Shown piece after piece: positions 19,910 to 29,837 of a stretch of 64,000 nucleotides of DNA. The stretch lies in the IMG/VR virus record IMGVR_UViG_2609459800_000001. One strand, given 5' to 3'. Below the pieces are notes generated by a model, which saw only the letters and a list, made by a program, of their open reading frames with translations, searched no databases and had not been told where the DNA came from. Position 1 is the first letter of the stretch; each line of letters starts with the position of its first letter. The translations under genes were made by a program, and so were the position numbers. This DNA is from a virus. Taxonomy: Duplodnaviria > Heunggongvirae > Uroviricota > Caudoviricetes.

Positions 19910-20176
19910 ATGTTGCATAGAGTTTTATGGAAATGCGGTATTGTCGGCGCGATGCTGGCTATATCTGGGTGTGCGATGGTGCAATACAATGACGGCGAAA
20001 AGGTAAGCATCCAGTCAGATGGCTGGTATGGACTGGATAGTCTGCAAAAAACCGCAGATAAAGCCTGTCAGCAATATGGGAAGTCTAAAGCTGTATATCA
20101 GCATAGCGCGAACGCTAACCCTCATCTTGCGCCCGGTTCGGGTGTTCAGAATACCATCTGGAAATGTGAGCCTTAA
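19910..20176 (+). CDS. Lipoprotein
   Basis: Signal peptide with a lipobox (MLAISGC). Confidence 0.65.
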   Translation: MLHRVLWKCGIVGAMLAISGCAMVQYNDGEKVSIQSDGWYGLDSLQKTADKACQQYGKSKAVYQHSANANPHLAPGSGVQNTIWKCEP

Positions 20177-20178
20177 AC

Positions 20179-20430
20179 ATGAGCGACTGGAATATTGCAG
20201 CTAAAAGTCAGGAAGAACGGGATAAGGTTAACGTTGATCTGGCTGCCAGCGGTGTGGCGTACAAAGAGCGATTGAACATACCTGTCATAGCGGAACAGGT
20301 GGTCCGCGAGCAACCGGAGAACCTGCGCACCTATTTCATGGAACGGCTACGGCACTACCGACAGTTAAGCCTCCAGTTGCCAAAAGGGAGCGATCCGGTG
20401 TATCAGAAAGAGGATGCGTCAAAAAAATAA
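20179..20430 (+). CDS. hot: Homologue of the DNA polymerase III theta subunit
   Basis: 83 aa. ...[27 protein letters not shown]...RLRHYRQLS matches HolE/theta and P1 Hot as I remember them. Confidence 0.8.
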   Translation: MSDWNIAAKSQEERDKVNVDLAASGVAYKERLNIPVIAEQVVREQPENLRTYFMERLRHYRQLSLQLPKGSDPVYQKEDASKK

Positions 20431-20806
20431 CGGCAAGATGGGTAAGGTTTTAAACATGCTTAACTATCATGACAATACGCGTTCTATGCAGGCAATCCGC
20501 ACCAATACAGCAGTGGTCGATAGCTTTCCTGTGCATACTCAAGGCCGTGAAGATACCGTGGAAGTGCGACGCATGTTGTGTCGCCGGTCACCAGGCCACC
20601 AGCACTTCATCGTAACGTTTAAAAGCGATGTAGAGCGCGCCGAGAAAATCTCTAACTCCACATCTTTGGTTAAGCCGTTGGCGGAGGTTATTGTGCGCAA
20701 CAATAAGGCGCGCTTTGTCCTTGAGGAGCATCATTCTGATTTTAATGAAAAAATTGAGTCAAGCATTTTGCAATATATGAATGGCAAGTTCACGCCACCA
20801 ATGTGA
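20414..20806 (+). CDS. lxr: Hypothetical protein in the position of P1 lxr
   Basis: 130-aa ORF between hot and humD, as in the P1 map. The name is assigned by position only. Confidence 0.4.
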   Translation: MRQKNNGKMGKVLNMLNYHDNTRSMQAIRTNTAVVDSFPVHTQGREDTVEVRRMLCRRSPGHQHFIVTFKSDVERAEKISNSTSLVKPLAEVIVRNNKARFVLEEHHSDFNEKIESSILQYMNGKFTPPM

Positions 20807-20867
20807 TTAGCCCCCAGCGTTGCGCGCCTACAAATCCCGCTTTCACAAACTATGCCTTTTCAATGTA

Positions 20868-20887
20868 TACTGTATGAATAAACAGTA
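20868..20887. promoter_or_regulatory. LexA (SOS) box
   Basis: TACTGTATGAATAAACAGTA is CTG-N10-CAG and matches the consensus TACTG(TA)5CAGTA. It lies 19 nt upstream of humD. Confidence 0.85.
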
Positions 20888-20905
20888 TCATTGAGGTAAA
20901 ACGCT

Positions 20906-21295
20906 ATGGGCTTCCCTTCTCCTGCGGCGGATTATGTTGAAAGCCGAATTTCTCTTGATCAGCAACTAATCAGGCATCCATCAGCAACCTACTTCATGCG
21001 GGCAGCTGATAGCCATCACCGTGAGGGAATATTGCAGGGTGCTTTGCTGGTGGTTGATTCCTCGCTTACTCCGGTTGATGATTCTCTGCTTGTGTGCGCT
21101 ATGGAGGGTGAATATCGCATAAAGAGATACCGAAAGTATCCGCGCCAGCACTTGGAGGATTTAAGCACCGGGAAGAAAGAGGCGTTACCAGTAGATGACG
21201 ATGGTTACACGGGTAGTAATGCTGTTTTTGGTGTGATCACTCATGTCATCAATGATGCCAGAAGTGGGGAGTTTGATGATTGTCCGGTTATTTAA
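20906..21295 (+). CDS. humD: UmuD'-like SOS mutagenesis protein
   Basis: 129 aa. GFPSPAADY... and the S24 peptidase core lacking the N-terminal cleavage segment match P1 HumD. Confidence 0.85.
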   Translation: MGFPSPAADYVESRISLDQQLIRHPSATYFMRAADSHHREGILQGALLVVDSSLTPVDDSLLVCAMEGEYRIKRYRKYPRQHLEDLSTGKKEALPVDDDGYTGSNAVFGVITHVINDARSGEFDDCPVI

Positions 21296-21336
21296 GCTGC
21301 AAAGGGCTGGTGCTTTATGCCTGTGAAGTTTATAAT

Positions 21337-21360
21337 TGTGTACACATAACGAGTACACGA
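21337..21360. promoter_or_regulatory. phd/doc operator palindromes
   Basis: Two adjacent GTGTACAC / GAGTACAC palindromic sites overlap a TATAAT-like -10, as in the known Phd-binding region. Confidence 0.6.
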
Positions 21361-21367
21361 GGTGTTT

Positions 21368-21589
21368 ATGCAATCCATTAACTTCCGTACCGCGCGTGGC
21401 AACCTTTCTGAAGTGCTCAACAATGTTGAAGCCGGGGAAGAGGTTGAAATCACCCGCAGAGGCCGTGAGCCAGCAGTAATTGTCAGCAAGGCTACTTTCG
21501 AAGCCTACAAAAAAGCGGCGCTGGATGCTGAATTTGCATCCCTGTTTGACACCCTGGACTCCACCAACAAGGAACTGGTTAACCGATAA
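21368..21589 (+). CDS. phd: Antitoxin Phd
   Basis: 73 aa. [40 protein letters not shown]... is recognisably P1 Phd. Confidence 0.95.
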   Translation: MQSINFRTARGNLSEVLNNVEAGEEVEITRRGREPAVIVSKATFEAYKKAALDAEFASLFDTLDSTNKELVNR

Positions 21590-21969
21590 TGAGGCATATA
21601 TCACCGGAAGAACTTATTGCGCTTCATGATGCGAATATAAACCGCTACGGCGGCCTGCCGGGAATGTCAGATCCGGGTAGGGCAGAGGCCATTATCGGGA
21701 GAGTTCAGGCCAGAGTTGCCTACGAAGAGATCACCGACCTTTTCGAAGTCTCCGCAACCTACCTGGTGGCTACTGCGAGAGGGCATATATTCAATGATGC
21801 CAATAAGCGTACCGCGCTAAACAGTGCGCTGTTATTTCTACGCCGTAACGGGGTGCAGGTATTTGATTCACCTGAACTGGCAGACCTTACCGTAGGGGCT
21901 GCGACCGGAGAGATATCTGTATCTTCTGTCGCCGACACGTTACGTAGATTGTATGGTTCCGCGGAGTAG
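21589..21969 (+). CDS. doc: Toxin Doc (Fic-fold kinase)
   Basis: 126 aa with an ATGA overlap with phd. It has the Fic-like motif [11 protein letters not shown]. Confidence 0.95.
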   Translation: MRHISPEELIALHDANINRYGGLPGMSDPGRAEAIIGRVQARVAYEEITDLFEVSATYLVATARGHIFNDANKRTALNSALLFLRRNGVQVFDSPELADLTVGAATGEISVSSVADTLRRLYGSAE

Positions 21970-21973
21970 ATTA

Positions 21974-22153
21974 ATGGCACGTAAATACAACAAATTGTCC
22001 CGTGAAGCGTTAAAGATGCTTCTTGATGGCGTGAGTCGCCGCGAGGTAAAGCAATACCTGGTTGGTAAGCAAATTGGTGCCAGGACAGCTATTGCTGTGT
22101 TATGCCGTCAGGAAATGGTTGTGCTTAAACAGAGAATGCCGGGCAGCAGATAA
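21974..22153 (+). CDS. pdcA: Small post-doc protein
   Basis: 59 aa from ATG 21974, within track ORF 21953..22153. The name is by position downstream of doc. Confidence 0.45.
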   Translation: MARKYNKLSREALKMLLDGVSRREVKQYLVGKQIGARTAIAVLCRQEMVVLKQRMPGSR

Positions 22154-22180
22154 AGCCCAATCAGTGATTAAAGGTGTGAT

Positions 22181-23224
22181 GTGAAAGCCGTAATTACTCC
22201 CTTTGTACAGAAAGAGCTTGGCCTCGCCACGTTCAAAGTGGATCAGGAGGTCAGAAAGCTGGTGGAGGCTGGCCGTAAATTTATTATGGAGCCGGTGCCG
22301 CGTGAGTTAATCGAGCACATGGAAGACGGCCTCGTTGTTACCGAGCAAACCATGGCAACAAATGAGGCGTTGCAGCCGTTTTTTAACAGCGATGAACTGT
22401 TTCGCCGTATTGGTGGAATTGACGCGCTGGTGGCGTGGTTGCGTAGGAAAGAGGGTCAATGCCAGGCCGCAGATCGTAGTTGGTGTGACAACCATATTGT
22501 CCACGCTGAACGAGACAATAGCGCGGTGTTGTTGTGCTGGCATCACGATAACCATTACCGGATGCGTGGTTTTAATGAGCTGAAAGAAACGCTGCACAAT
22601 AATCGCGTTAACTGGATACTGGATGTCGCCCGTCAGGAAATGGGCCTTTCAAATAGCCATGATTTAAGTATTCAGGAGCTGTGCTGGTGGGCTTTCATGC
22701 GCAACATGATGCACCTGATGCCGGAAGAAGTCTGCCGCATATCAATAAATAAGATGAAGGCTACTCCGCAGGATAGCGGACCTCTGAAAGAGGCGGATAT
22801 TCGCCCGTATGACGATCGCGCTACAGCATATGTTCAGATGATGGAAGAACGCGCCGCGCCGATGCGTGCAAAAGTATGCCCTGTGGATGTTGACTCCGAC
22901 CCAGGTATGGCGCATTTCAAGATACCAAAACTTCAATCGCTAAAATTGCCCGAGTACATGGACTTTGTGGCTTCCCGTCCATGCTGTGGCTGTGGAGCTG
23001 CGGGAGCTGGCGCTCACATTACGCCTTATATCGTTCGTCATAGTCGATTATGCGCGCATGACATTTATGCTATTCCTCTGTGCCAGTCATGCCAGCGTGA
23101 TATTGAGCGTGACCGCGATAATTGGGAGAAGACGCACGGTAGGCTGGCGATGCATCAACGATTGTTCTTTGATTACGCGCTTGGAGTCGGCGCTATCACA
23201 AGTCATTCGTCGAGTGTTAGATAA
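22181..23224 (+). CDS. pdcB: Cys/His-rich post-doc protein (DUF968-like)
   Basis: 347 aa with a GTG start. It has Cys/His clusters (CWHHDNHY; CCGCG...CQSCQRD). The name is by position. Confidence 0.5.
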   Translation: MKAVITPFVQKELGLATFKVDQEVRKLVEAGRKFIMEPVPRELIEHMEDGLVVTEQTMATNEALQPFFNSDELFRRIGGIDALVAWLRRKEGQCQAADRSWCDNHIVHAERDNSAVLLCWHHDNHYRMRGFNELKETLHNNRVNWILDVARQEMGLSNSHDLSIQELCWWAFMRNMMHLMPEEVCRISINKMKATPQDSGPLKEADIRPYDDRATAYVQMMEERAAPMRAKVCPVDVDSDPGMAHFKIPKLQSLKLPEYMDFVASRPCCGCGAAGAGAHITPYIVRHSRLCAHDIYAIPLCQSCQRDIERDRDNWEKTHGRLAMHQRLFFDYALGVGAITSHSSSVR

Positions 23225-23225
23225 A

Positions 23226-23242
23226 ATTGCTCTAATGTATTG
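23226..23242 (+). promoter_or_regulatory. C1 operator upstream of lpa
   Basis: ATTGCTCTAATGTATTG has an exact core. lpa is C1-controlled in P1. Confidence 0.8.
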
Positions 23243-23312
23243 CTATTTCTTTAATCGAAGGTATTATATTCGACGTTGATTAGTTGACATGGGCTAATCA
23301 GTAGGTGACAGG

Positions 23313-23765
23313 ATGTTACTTAACTGGCAGGGACGCCACTTCATGGAAATAAATCACTCACGAATAACATCGTACGAGATTGCGGATTACATGATCCGCA
23401 CTAAATCTCTTCTATCAGCGAAAGAACTCGCAGCAATTCTTGAAAAGGAATACCCGCATCTGGATGTCGATAAGCGCGATGTTTATCTGCGCTTAAAGGC
23501 TATCGCTGTGTCTAAGTATTCGTCTGTTTTGATTGATGACAGTACACGCCCACGTAGATTTCAGATCCACTCTCTGAATCCTGAATTCTTTCGCCGCAGT
23601 CGCGCTCCGCGCCGGTTTGATGAAAAACTCCAGAACGAACTCTATATGACGCAGGACGAAAAGGAACGCCGGGAGCACCAGCCTTGGGTAATGGCGCGTC
23701 AACTTTTCAATAAGGTGGCCCGTCAGCACCGTCATTACGGTAATGCCACATCCGCACGTATCTGA
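23313..23765 (+). CDS. lpa: Late promoter activator
   Basis: 150-aa ORF between pdcB and pacA with a C1 operator upstream, matching P1 gene 10/lpa. The start may be 23343. Confidence 0.7.
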   Translation: MLLNWQGRHFMEINHSRITSYEIADYMIRTKSLLSAKELAAILEKEYPHLDVDKRDVYLRLKAIAVSKYSSVLIDDSTRPRRFQIHSLNPEFFRRSRAPRRFDEKLQNELYMTQDEKERREHQPWVMARQLFNKVARQHRHYGNATSARI

Positions 23766-23793
23766 TTGATTGCTTGCCCGTTCCGGGCCTTTT

Positions 23794-23815
23794 GACATGT
23801 GACTTTCGTTACCCT
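23794..23815 (+). promoter_or_regulatory. Candidate late promoter of pacAB (GACATGTGACT-N5-TACCCT)
   Basis: Shared motif architecture, about 35 nt upstream of the pacA GTG. Confidence 0.55.
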
Positions 23816-23850
23816 CGCGTCAAAAAGAGTTTTTACGAAAGGAAGCATAA

Positions 23851-25044
23851 GTGACCTGGGACGATCACAAGAAGAATTTTGCTCGCCTGGCGCGAGATGG
23901 TGGTTACACCATCGCACAGTATGCCGCCGAGTTTAATCTTAACCCTAATACCGCACGTCGTTATCTCCGTGCCTTCAAAGAAGACACCAGGACAGCGGAC
24001 AGCCGCAAGCCAAATAAGCCTGTCAGGAAACCACTAAAAAGCATGATCATTGATCACGCTAATGATCAACGTGCAGGTGATCACATTGTGGCTGAAATGG
24101 CTGAAAAACAAAGAGTTAATGCTGTTGTCAGTGCCGCACTCGAGAACGCGAAGCGCCAAAATAAGCGCATAAATGATCGTTCTGATGATCATGACGTGAT
24201 CACCCGCGCCCACCGGACCTTACGTGATCGCCTGGAACGCGACACCCTGGATGATGATGGTGAACGCTTTGAATTCGAAGTTGGCGATTACCTGATAGAT
24301 AACGTTGAAGCGCGGAAGGCCGCGCGCGCTATGTTGCGTCGGTCCGGGGCCGATGTTCTGGAAACCACTCTTCTGGAAAAGTCTCTTTCTCATCTCATTA
24401 TGCTGGAGAACGCCAGGGATACGTGTATTCGCCTGGTGCAGGAAATGCGCGATCAGCAAAAAGACGATGATGAAGGTACTCCGCCTGAATACCGTATCGC
24501 GAGCATGCTAAACAGCTGTTCCGCGCAGATAAGCAGTCTGATCAACACCATTTACAGCATCCGGAATAACTATCGAAAAGAAAGCCGGGAGGCGGAAAAG
24601 CACGCTTTATCTATGGGGCAAGCTGGCATTGTTAAGCTGGCATACGAACGAAAGCGTGAAAATAACTGGTCAGTGCTGGAAGCGGCTGAATTCATCGAGG
24701 CGCATGGAGGAAAAGTGCCTCCCCTGATGCTGGAGCAAATCAAAGCCGATCTGCGTGCTCCTAAGACCAATACCGATGATGAGGAAAACCAAACAGCATC
24801 TGGCGCTCCATCACTTGAAGATCTGGATAAAATCGCGCGAGAACGGGCCGCCAGCCGCCGCGCTGATGCCGCATTGTGGATTGAGCATCGTAGAGAAGAA
24901 ATTGCCGATATCGTCGATACAGGTGGTTATGGTGATGTCGATGCGGAAGGCATATCAAACGAAGCATGGCTTGAACAGGATCTGGACGAAGACGAGGAGG
25001 AAGACGAAGAAGTTACCCGCAAACTGTACGGGGATGATGATTAA
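23851..25044 (+). CDS. pacA: Terminase (pacase) subunit PacA
   Basis: 397 aa. [39 protein letters not shown]... matches P1 PacA, and the gene contains the pac site. Confidence 0.95.
   Translation: MTWDDHKKNFARLARDGGYTIAQYAAEFNLNPNTARRYLRAFKEDTRTADSRKPNKPVRKPLKSMIIDHANDQRAGDHIVAEMAEKQRVNAVVSAALENAKRQNKRINDRSDDHDVITRAHRTLRDRLERDTLDDDGERFEFEVGDYLIDNVEARKAARAMLRRSGADVLETTLLEKSLSHLIMLENARDTCIRLVQEMRDQQKDDDEGTPPEYRIASMLNSCSAQISSLINTIYSIRNNYRKESREAEKHALSMGQAGIVKLAYERKRENNWSVLEAAEFIEAHGGKVPPLMLEQIKADLRAPKTNTDDEENQTASGAPSLEDLDKIARERAASRRADAALWIEHRREEIADIVDTGGYGDVDAEGISNEAWLEQDLDEDEEEDEEVTRKLYGDDD
24044..24202. other. pac: pac packaging site
   Basis: Four TGATCA hexamers (24044, 24051, 24063, 24078) and three TGATC(A/G) (24174, 24186, 24197) flank a ~90-bp core, the classic P1 pac layout with Dam sites. 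Confidence 0.9.
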
Positions 25045-26528
25045 TGGCCAGAAGTTGCGTAACGGACCCACGTTGGCGCGAGCTGGTGGCGCTATATCGT
25101 TATGACTGGATTGCGGCCGCTGATGTGTTGTTTGGGAAGACACCAACCTGGCAGCAGGATGAGATCATTGAGTCCACGCAGCAGGACGGCAGTTGGACAA
25201 GTGTGACCTCCGGCCATGGTACTGGTAAATCGGATATGACGAGTATCATTGCAATACTCTTCATCATGTTTTTCCCCGGCGCTCGCGTCATTCTGGTCGC
25301 TAACAAAAGACAGCAAGTCCTTGATGGTATTTTCAAATACATAAAGAGCAATTGGGCTACTGCTGTTAGCAGATTCCCGTGGTTGTCGAAGTATTTCATT
25401 CTTACAGAAACGTCTTTTTTTGAGGTGACTGGCAAGGGTGTTTGGACAATATTGATAAAGTCCTGTCGCCCCGGGAATGAGGAGGCGTTGGCTGGTGAAC
25501 ACGCCGATCATCTCTTGTATATCATCGACGAAGCGTCGGGTGTGAGTGATAAAGCATTCAGTGTGATAACAGGTGCGCTGACCGGTAAGGATAACCGTAT
25601 TCTGCTTCTTTCCCAGCCTACGCGACCTTCAGGCTATTTCTACGATTCACACCACAGACTAGCTATTCGCCCGGGAAATCCTGATGGATTGTTTACTGCG
25701 ATAATACTGAATAGTGAAGAATCTCCGCTTGTAGATGCAAAATTTATACGAGCAAAACTTGCGGAGTATGGCGGTCGTGATAACCCCATGTACATGATCA
25801 AAGTACGTGGTGAATTTCCCAAATCTCAAGATGGCTTTCTTCTTGGTCGTGATGAGGTTGAGCGGGCGACGCGGCGAAAGGTCAAGATTGCCAAAGGATG
25901 GGGCTGGGTTGCATGTGTTGACGTTGCTGGTGGCACAGGACGAGATAAGTCCGTTATTAATATCATGATGGTGTCCGGCCAGCGAAATAAACGCCGTGTA
26001 ATCAACTATCGTATGCTGGAATACACAGACGTTACAGAAACGCAGTTAGCCGCCAAGATTTTCGCAGAATGTAACCCAGAACGGTTCCCGAACATAACCA
26101 TAGCTATTGATGGCGATGGCTTGGGGAAATCGACGGCTGATCTAATGTACGAACGCTATGGCATTACCGTCCAGCGTATCCGCTGGGGTAAAAAGATGCA
26201 CAGCCGTGAAGATAAAAGCCTTTATTTCGATATGCGCGCTTTCGCGAATATTCAGGCGGCAGAAGCTGTAAAATCAGGGCGTATGAGGCTTGATAAGGGG
26301 GCTGCGACTATAGAGGAAGCATCAAAGATACCGGTAGGGATAAATTCCGCAGGTCAATGGAAGGTGATGTCAAAGGAAGATATGAAGAAAAAACTCAACC
26401 TGCACTCACCGGACCATTGGGATACATATTGTTTCGCTATGTTGGCGAACTATGTTCCCCAGGATGAAGTGCTTAGCGTCGAAGACGAAGCGCAGGTTGA
26501 TGAAGCTCTGTCATGGCTTAATGAATGA
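25044..26528 (+). CDS. pacB: Terminase large subunit PacB
   Basis: 494 aa with an ATGA overlap with pacA. It has Walker A-like SGHGTGKS and DEAS motifs. Confidence 0.9.
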   Translation: MARSCVTDPRWRELVALYRYDWIAAADVLFGKTPTWQQDEIIESTQQDGSWTSVTSGHGTGKSDMTSIIAILFIMFFPGARVILVANKRQQVLDGIFKYIKSNWATAVSRFPWLSKYFILTETSFFEVTGKGVWTILIKSCRPGNEEALAGEHADHLLYIIDEASGVSDKAFSVITGALTGKDNRILLLSQPTRPSGYFYDSHHRLAIRPGNPDGLFTAIILNSEESPLVDAKFIRAKLAEYGGRDNPMYMIKVRGEFPKSQDGFLLGRDEVERATRRKVKIAKGWGWVACVDVAGGTGRDKSVINIMMVSGQRNKRRVINYRMLEYTDVTETQLAAKIFAECNPERFPNITIAIDGDGLGKSTADLMYERYGITVQRIRWGKKMHSREDKSLYFDMRAFANIQAAEAVKSGRMRLDKGAATIEEASKIPVGINSAGQWKVMSKEDMKKKLNLHSPDHWDTYCFAMLANYVPQDEVLSVEDEAQVDEALSWLNE

Positions 26529-26531
26529 ACA

Positions 26532-26548
26532 TTTGCTCTAATGAATTG
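26532..26548 (+). promoter_or_regulatory. C1 operator (variant) at the head of the immI-like module
   Basis: TTTGCTCTAATGAATTG has 1 mismatch in the core. Confidence 0.65.
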
Positions 26549-26679
26549 TGTTTTTTAACTACCGATGTTACATTGAACCTGACCTCTTGCGCCTTGAGGC
26601 ATTTTCGGTTTATGCTTATCAGGCACCTCATTAAAACGGGTGCCGGGATTGAGACCCCGGATAATGCAAAAGGCGACAC

Positions 26680-26702
26680 AGACGCCAAAAGCGTCTTTTT
26701 TT
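26680..26702 (+). terminator. Rho-independent terminator
   Basis: AGACGC-caaaa-GCGTCT plus T7. The outer GACACA/TGTGTC can extend the stem. Confidence 0.7.
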
Positions 26703-26744
26703 GTGTCATGCCATCGCACAGCCATACGTAGCGTTTAGCTCAGA

Positions 26745-26860
26745 GATCAATGGTAGTGCTGGCTGGGCTGCCGAAAGGCAGGCCGGTTCCCTTTTGCGCC
26801 GGTAGTCTCAACCCAGTCAGTGCTACCGCCATTGAGATTGAGACCTCACGCGGTAGCTCC
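26745..26860 (+). ncRNA. c4: c4-like structured antisense/regulatory RNA (boundaries approximate)
   Basis: A long interrupted helix (26747-26761 with 26818-26835) encloses a GAAA-tetraloop hairpin. An internal GTCTCAA is complementary to TTGAGAC copies at 26649 and 26838. It lies directly upstream of icd/ant, as in P1 immI. Confidence 0.45.
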
Positions 26861-26887
26861 TTAAATTAGCAAAAGGAGGCTGCCATT

Positions 26888-27109
26888 GTGGCTACTATCC
26901 CTACCCCAACTCATCCTGAATTTATCTGGCGCTTTTACTCCTGCCAGAAACGTCACTATCACTTCGTTATTGCACCGACAGAAGATGAGGCTCGCTCTCA
27001 GCTTCCGGATGCACCCTGTATTTTCTCTGCCCGCTTTTCTACCGATTCGCGCAATTCTCTCAGTTACTGGAGCCTCCCTGTTAACGCTTCTGCTCAGGAG
27101 GGACTATGA
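26888..27109 (+). CDS. icd: Icd-like cell-division inhibitor
   Basis: 73 aa with a GTG start after AAAAGGAGG. It has the ...FIWRFY...EDEARSQLP... pattern of Icd-like proteins and is translationally coupled (ATGA) to ant. Confidence 0.65.
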   Translation: MATIPTPTHPEFIWRFYSCQKRHYHFVIAPTEDEARSQLPDAPCIFSARFSTDSRNSLSYWSLPVNASAQEGL

Positions 27110-28218
27110 GAACGTCATTAGTCACCCGTGAAGAGATGATCGAGGCAATTGAACAGCACACTGCCTGTATCAGTACCAGGGATATACCGGGCGTTATTGC
27201 CAACTACTTCATGATCACCAAACAACTTTACCGGAGAAAGGACAAGAACTCGGTTCACCGCATTCTGCTAACCGATATCCGTGAATACCTGCTCGAACAG
27301 GGTCATCTGAATTACGCAACCGTCGCAGCCGAAGCACGCAAGGAGGCACACAGAATGAAAGCAACTAACGTTAAATCAGAAAAAATTTATGCACCTTCAG
27401 TTCAGGAATCGGAACTGGTGGTTGTTCAGAATCAGCCGGATGAAATTCCCGTTCTGGAATGGCAGGGAGTACGTGTCGTGACAACCGAAACTCTTGCTAG
27501 AGGGTATGGGGTCGATGAAGCCAATATTCGCAACAATTTGTCTCGCAACCTTGACCGCTTTGAAGAAGGTAAGCATTACTTTCTTCTAACTGGTTTAAAA
27601 TTAAGAGAATTTAAGAACAGAGTAACCGGAAGTTACTCTGTTGGTAAGAACGCCAGAAGCCTTACACTCTGGACAGAGCGCGGCGCTGCACGCATGTCTA
27701 AGATCGTGGACACAAATGAAGCATGGGCATTCTTTGAAAAACTGGAAGACAGCTACTTCCGGCAAAAAGAACAGCAACCGGTTGCAATCCCCCAAACATT
27801 ACCAGAAGCCCTACGCCTGGCTGCCGAACTGGCTGAACAAAAGCAGCTTCTGGAACAGAAAGCCCACCAGCTAAATCAGCAGCTGGTGGCCGCCGCTCCT
27901 AAGGTCGATTTTGCCGACCGGGTATCAGTAGCTAAAGGGATCCTGATTGGGAATTTTGCAAAGGTTGTTGGACTTAAGCAAAATGCGCTGTTTGCCTGGT
28001 TACGGGAGAACGGCATCCTGATAGCGTCCGGTGGACGTAAAAATGTGCCGTTCCAGCAGTACATTAACGCCGGGTATTTCACGGTGAAAGAAGTGGTGCT
28101 GGATGATGAAGATGGCTACCAGATACGGTTGACGCCTCAATTAACGGGTAAAGGCCAGCAGTGGTTGACGCGTAAACTGCTCGATGCTGGCTTGTTAAAA
28201 CCGGTGGCAGCTGAATAA
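27106..28218 (+). CDS. ant: Antirepressor (ORF6N + KilA-C/ANT domains)
   Basis: 370 aa. The central segment VLEWQGVRVVTTETLARGYG...HYFLLTG...LWTERGAARM is ORF6N-like. The C-terminal APKVDFADRV...FAKVVG...LFAWLRENGIL...GYF is an ANT/KilAC domain. Confidence 0.75.
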   Translation: MRTSLVTREEMIEAIEQHTACISTRDIPGVIANYFMITKQLYRRKDKNSVHRILLTDIREYLLEQGHLNYATVAAEARKEAHRMKATNVKSEKIYAPSVQESELVVVQNQPDEIPVLEWQGVRVVTTETLARGYGVDEANIRNNLSRNLDRFEEGKHYFLLTGLKLREFKNRVTGSYSVGKNARSLTLWTERGAARMSKIVDTNEAWAFFEKLEDSYFRQKEQQPVAIPQTLPEALRLAAELAEQKQLLEQKAHQLNQQLVAAAPKVDFADRVSVAKGILIGNFAKVVGLKQNALFAWLRENGILIASGGRKNVPFQQYINAGYFTVKEVVLDDEDGYQIRLTPQLTGKGQQWLTRKLLDAGLLKPVAAE

Positions 28219-28225
28219 TGGAAGA

Positions 28226-28247
28226 ATGCCCGGTTGATGCCGGGCAT
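28226..28247. terminator. Bidirectional terminator between the convergent ant and c1 genes
   Basis: ATGCCCGG-ttgatg-CCGGGCAT hairpin. Confidence 0.7.
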
Positions 28248-28250
28248 AAT

Positions 28251-29102
28251 TTATTGCGCGCTTTCGGGGTTGTCGTTTACTGGCTGCCCCTTCTTGGTTT
28301 TACGGCTGCGCGTAACTGATGCGGCTGACTTAACCTTTTTCTCTTCGCGAGTGATGGCAATTTGTTTTTTTACATTTTCAATATCTGCCAGGCGATATAT
28401 TTTTGCTTGCGGCCAGCGGTCGCAGATGATCGGTTCTATGGAGTCATAAAGGCTAAATTTTGCTTTTTCGAATTCACCGTTGATGATAATTCCATCACGG
28501 AGAGTTTCATCGCAGATAAACACGCCACACAGTGGCACATGGTAACTAACTGATTTACCATCATTGTAGTTAGGGCTACTGGAAATGTAGTGGACGCGCA
28601 GCATTGTTTCGCTAAAGCCGTGTACGCGCATACGGAATTTTTCATCCTCCGGGTACTGCCTCATTAGCTCTTTTGTTGCTTCCAGGTTCTCTATGTATTT
28701 CGCACTGTGCTCATTGATCCCCGCGCTTTTTTGGATGCGAATGTCCTTATCAATCAGATGAATAATGCGGCCAGCGGTCATGTTGACGCTGTTCACAGCT
28801 TCTGTCTGATAAGTTGTAACCTTGCGCACACCGCGAAGGATGTTAGGCACTGGATATAAAATAGTCTTTGGGATATTGAGGTCTGGGTACTGTTCCAGTT
28901 CCCGCGCCATTAAAGTCCATTTATCAATTTCAGCCTGAATGCTGTCAGTTTCTTTGAACGGTAGAACGACAACCGGGCGTACAGGACGACCGTCGCTGGC
29001 TGTATCAACGTGTTGGGCGCGTGCAACAGCTTTTTTTAGAAAGAGATCCCTGAAGCTGACGAACTCCTGGTACAGTTGTTCGCCGTAGACATAATTTATC
29101 AT
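28251..29102 (-). CDS. c1: Primary immunity repressor C1
   Basis: 283 aa. MINYVYGEQLYQEFVSFRDLFLKKAVARAQ... is recognisably P1 C1. Confidence 0.95.
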   Translation of the reverse strand: MINYVYGEQLYQEFVSFRDLFLKKAVARAQHVDTASDGRPVRPVVVLPFKETDSIQAEIDKWTLMARELEQYPDLNIPKTILYPVPNILRGVRKVTTYQTEAVNSVNMTAGRIIHLIDKDIRIQKSAGINEHSAKYIENLEATKELMRQYPEDEKFRMRVHGFSETMLRVHYISSSPNYNDGKSVSYHVPLCGVFICDETLRDGIIINGEFEKAKFSLYDSIEPIICDRWPQAKIYRLADIENVKKQIAITREEKKVKSAASVTRSRKTKKGQPVNDNPESAQ

Positions 29103-29196
29103 TGATCCTCCTCCAGAATTGACATGGTCAATAACGCCCGGCTGAGAAAACCGGTCATTACTGACCTATATTATAGAGGGATCAAACAAAAATAAT

Positions 29197-29213
29197 AGAT
29201 TTATTAGTGCATT
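29197..29213 (-). promoter_or_regulatory. C1 operator (variant) between coi and c1
   Basis: The reverse complement AATGCACTAATAAATCT has 3 mismatches to the consensus. Confidence 0.55.
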
Positions 29214-29422
29214 TATTGTGAGTCTAACTGGTTAGTTGCCATGAGATATTCGATTGTGTCAGTGAGGTCATCCAGGTCGTCTTGGGTGATGCGGTACTCC
29301 TGATTGGATATCTTTGAGTAGTGTTCAGCAATGGCGCGGGCAGCGTCGGTTTCGGCAGGGTCTACAGATAAAGCGTTAGAGCAATGTCTAACGTCGTCGA
29401 TGGTTGGTTGAATGAAAGCCAT
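29213..29422 (-). CDS. coi: C1 inactivator Coi
   Basis: 69-aa ORF immediately upstream of c1, as in P1 immC. Confidence 0.8.
   Translation of the reverse strand: MAFIQPTIDDVRHCSNALSVDPAETDAARAIAEHYSKISNQEYRITQDDLDDLTDTIEYLMATNQLDSQ
29369..29385 (-). promoter_or_regulatory. Possible C1 operator inside coi
   Basis: In the reverse complement ATTGCTCTAACGCTTTA the first 10 nt are exact and the distal half diverges. Confidence 0.45.
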
Positions 29423-29660
29423 AATTATGCCTCACTGTATTGACAACACAGAGCCTGAAGCTCTGACCTACTGTTTCACCCATGATCCATGCTGGGGTAA
29501 TCTAACAACATTGCGCTGTGTGTAAGATGAGCAATGCATAGCTGTAATGCCGTTGTATAAGGTTTCCCTGTTTGCCCATTTCCTTCTGAGCCGCTCTACA
29601 ACGCTGAAGACACATTAAATAGTGAATCCAAAGTCGTATTACGTAACGGCGGCAAAACTA

Positions 29661-29677
29661 TAATTTATTAGAGCAAT
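29661..29677 (-). promoter_or_regulatory. C1 operator
   Basis: TAATTTATTAGAGCAAT is the reverse complement of ATTGCTCTAATAAATTA, a near-perfect match. Confidence 0.85.
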
Positions 29678-29743
29678 TGTCAAACAACTATGAAAAACAA
29701 TCCAGTTTTTGGCTGGTGGAGTGGGATTTTTCTCTCAAAATTT

Positions 29744-29760
29744 ATTGCTCTAATATTTCT
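29744..29760 (+). promoter_or_regulatory. C1 operator
   Basis: ATTGCTCTAATATTTCT has an exact core. Confidence 0.8.
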
Positions 29761-29803
29761 TGATTTTTATGCGCAGCTGGACGTAAACTCCTCTTCGGAC
29801 CTA

Positions 29804-29837
29804 ATAACTTCGTATAGCATACATTATACGAAGTTAT
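29804..29837. other. loxP: loxP recombination site
   Basis: Exact 34-bp ATAACTTCGTATAGCATACATTATACGAAGTTAT. Confidence 0.99.

Noticed and set aside
26731-26860. A possible tRNA gene, suggested by the D-loop-like motif TAGCTCAG and a GGTTC-like block.
   Set aside because: There is no 3' acceptor strand complementary to the 5' end. The candidate anticodon arm has a 4-nt GAAA loop and no proper T-arm, so it does not fold as a cloverleaf. I treat it as a tRNA-like element of a c4-type RNA instead.
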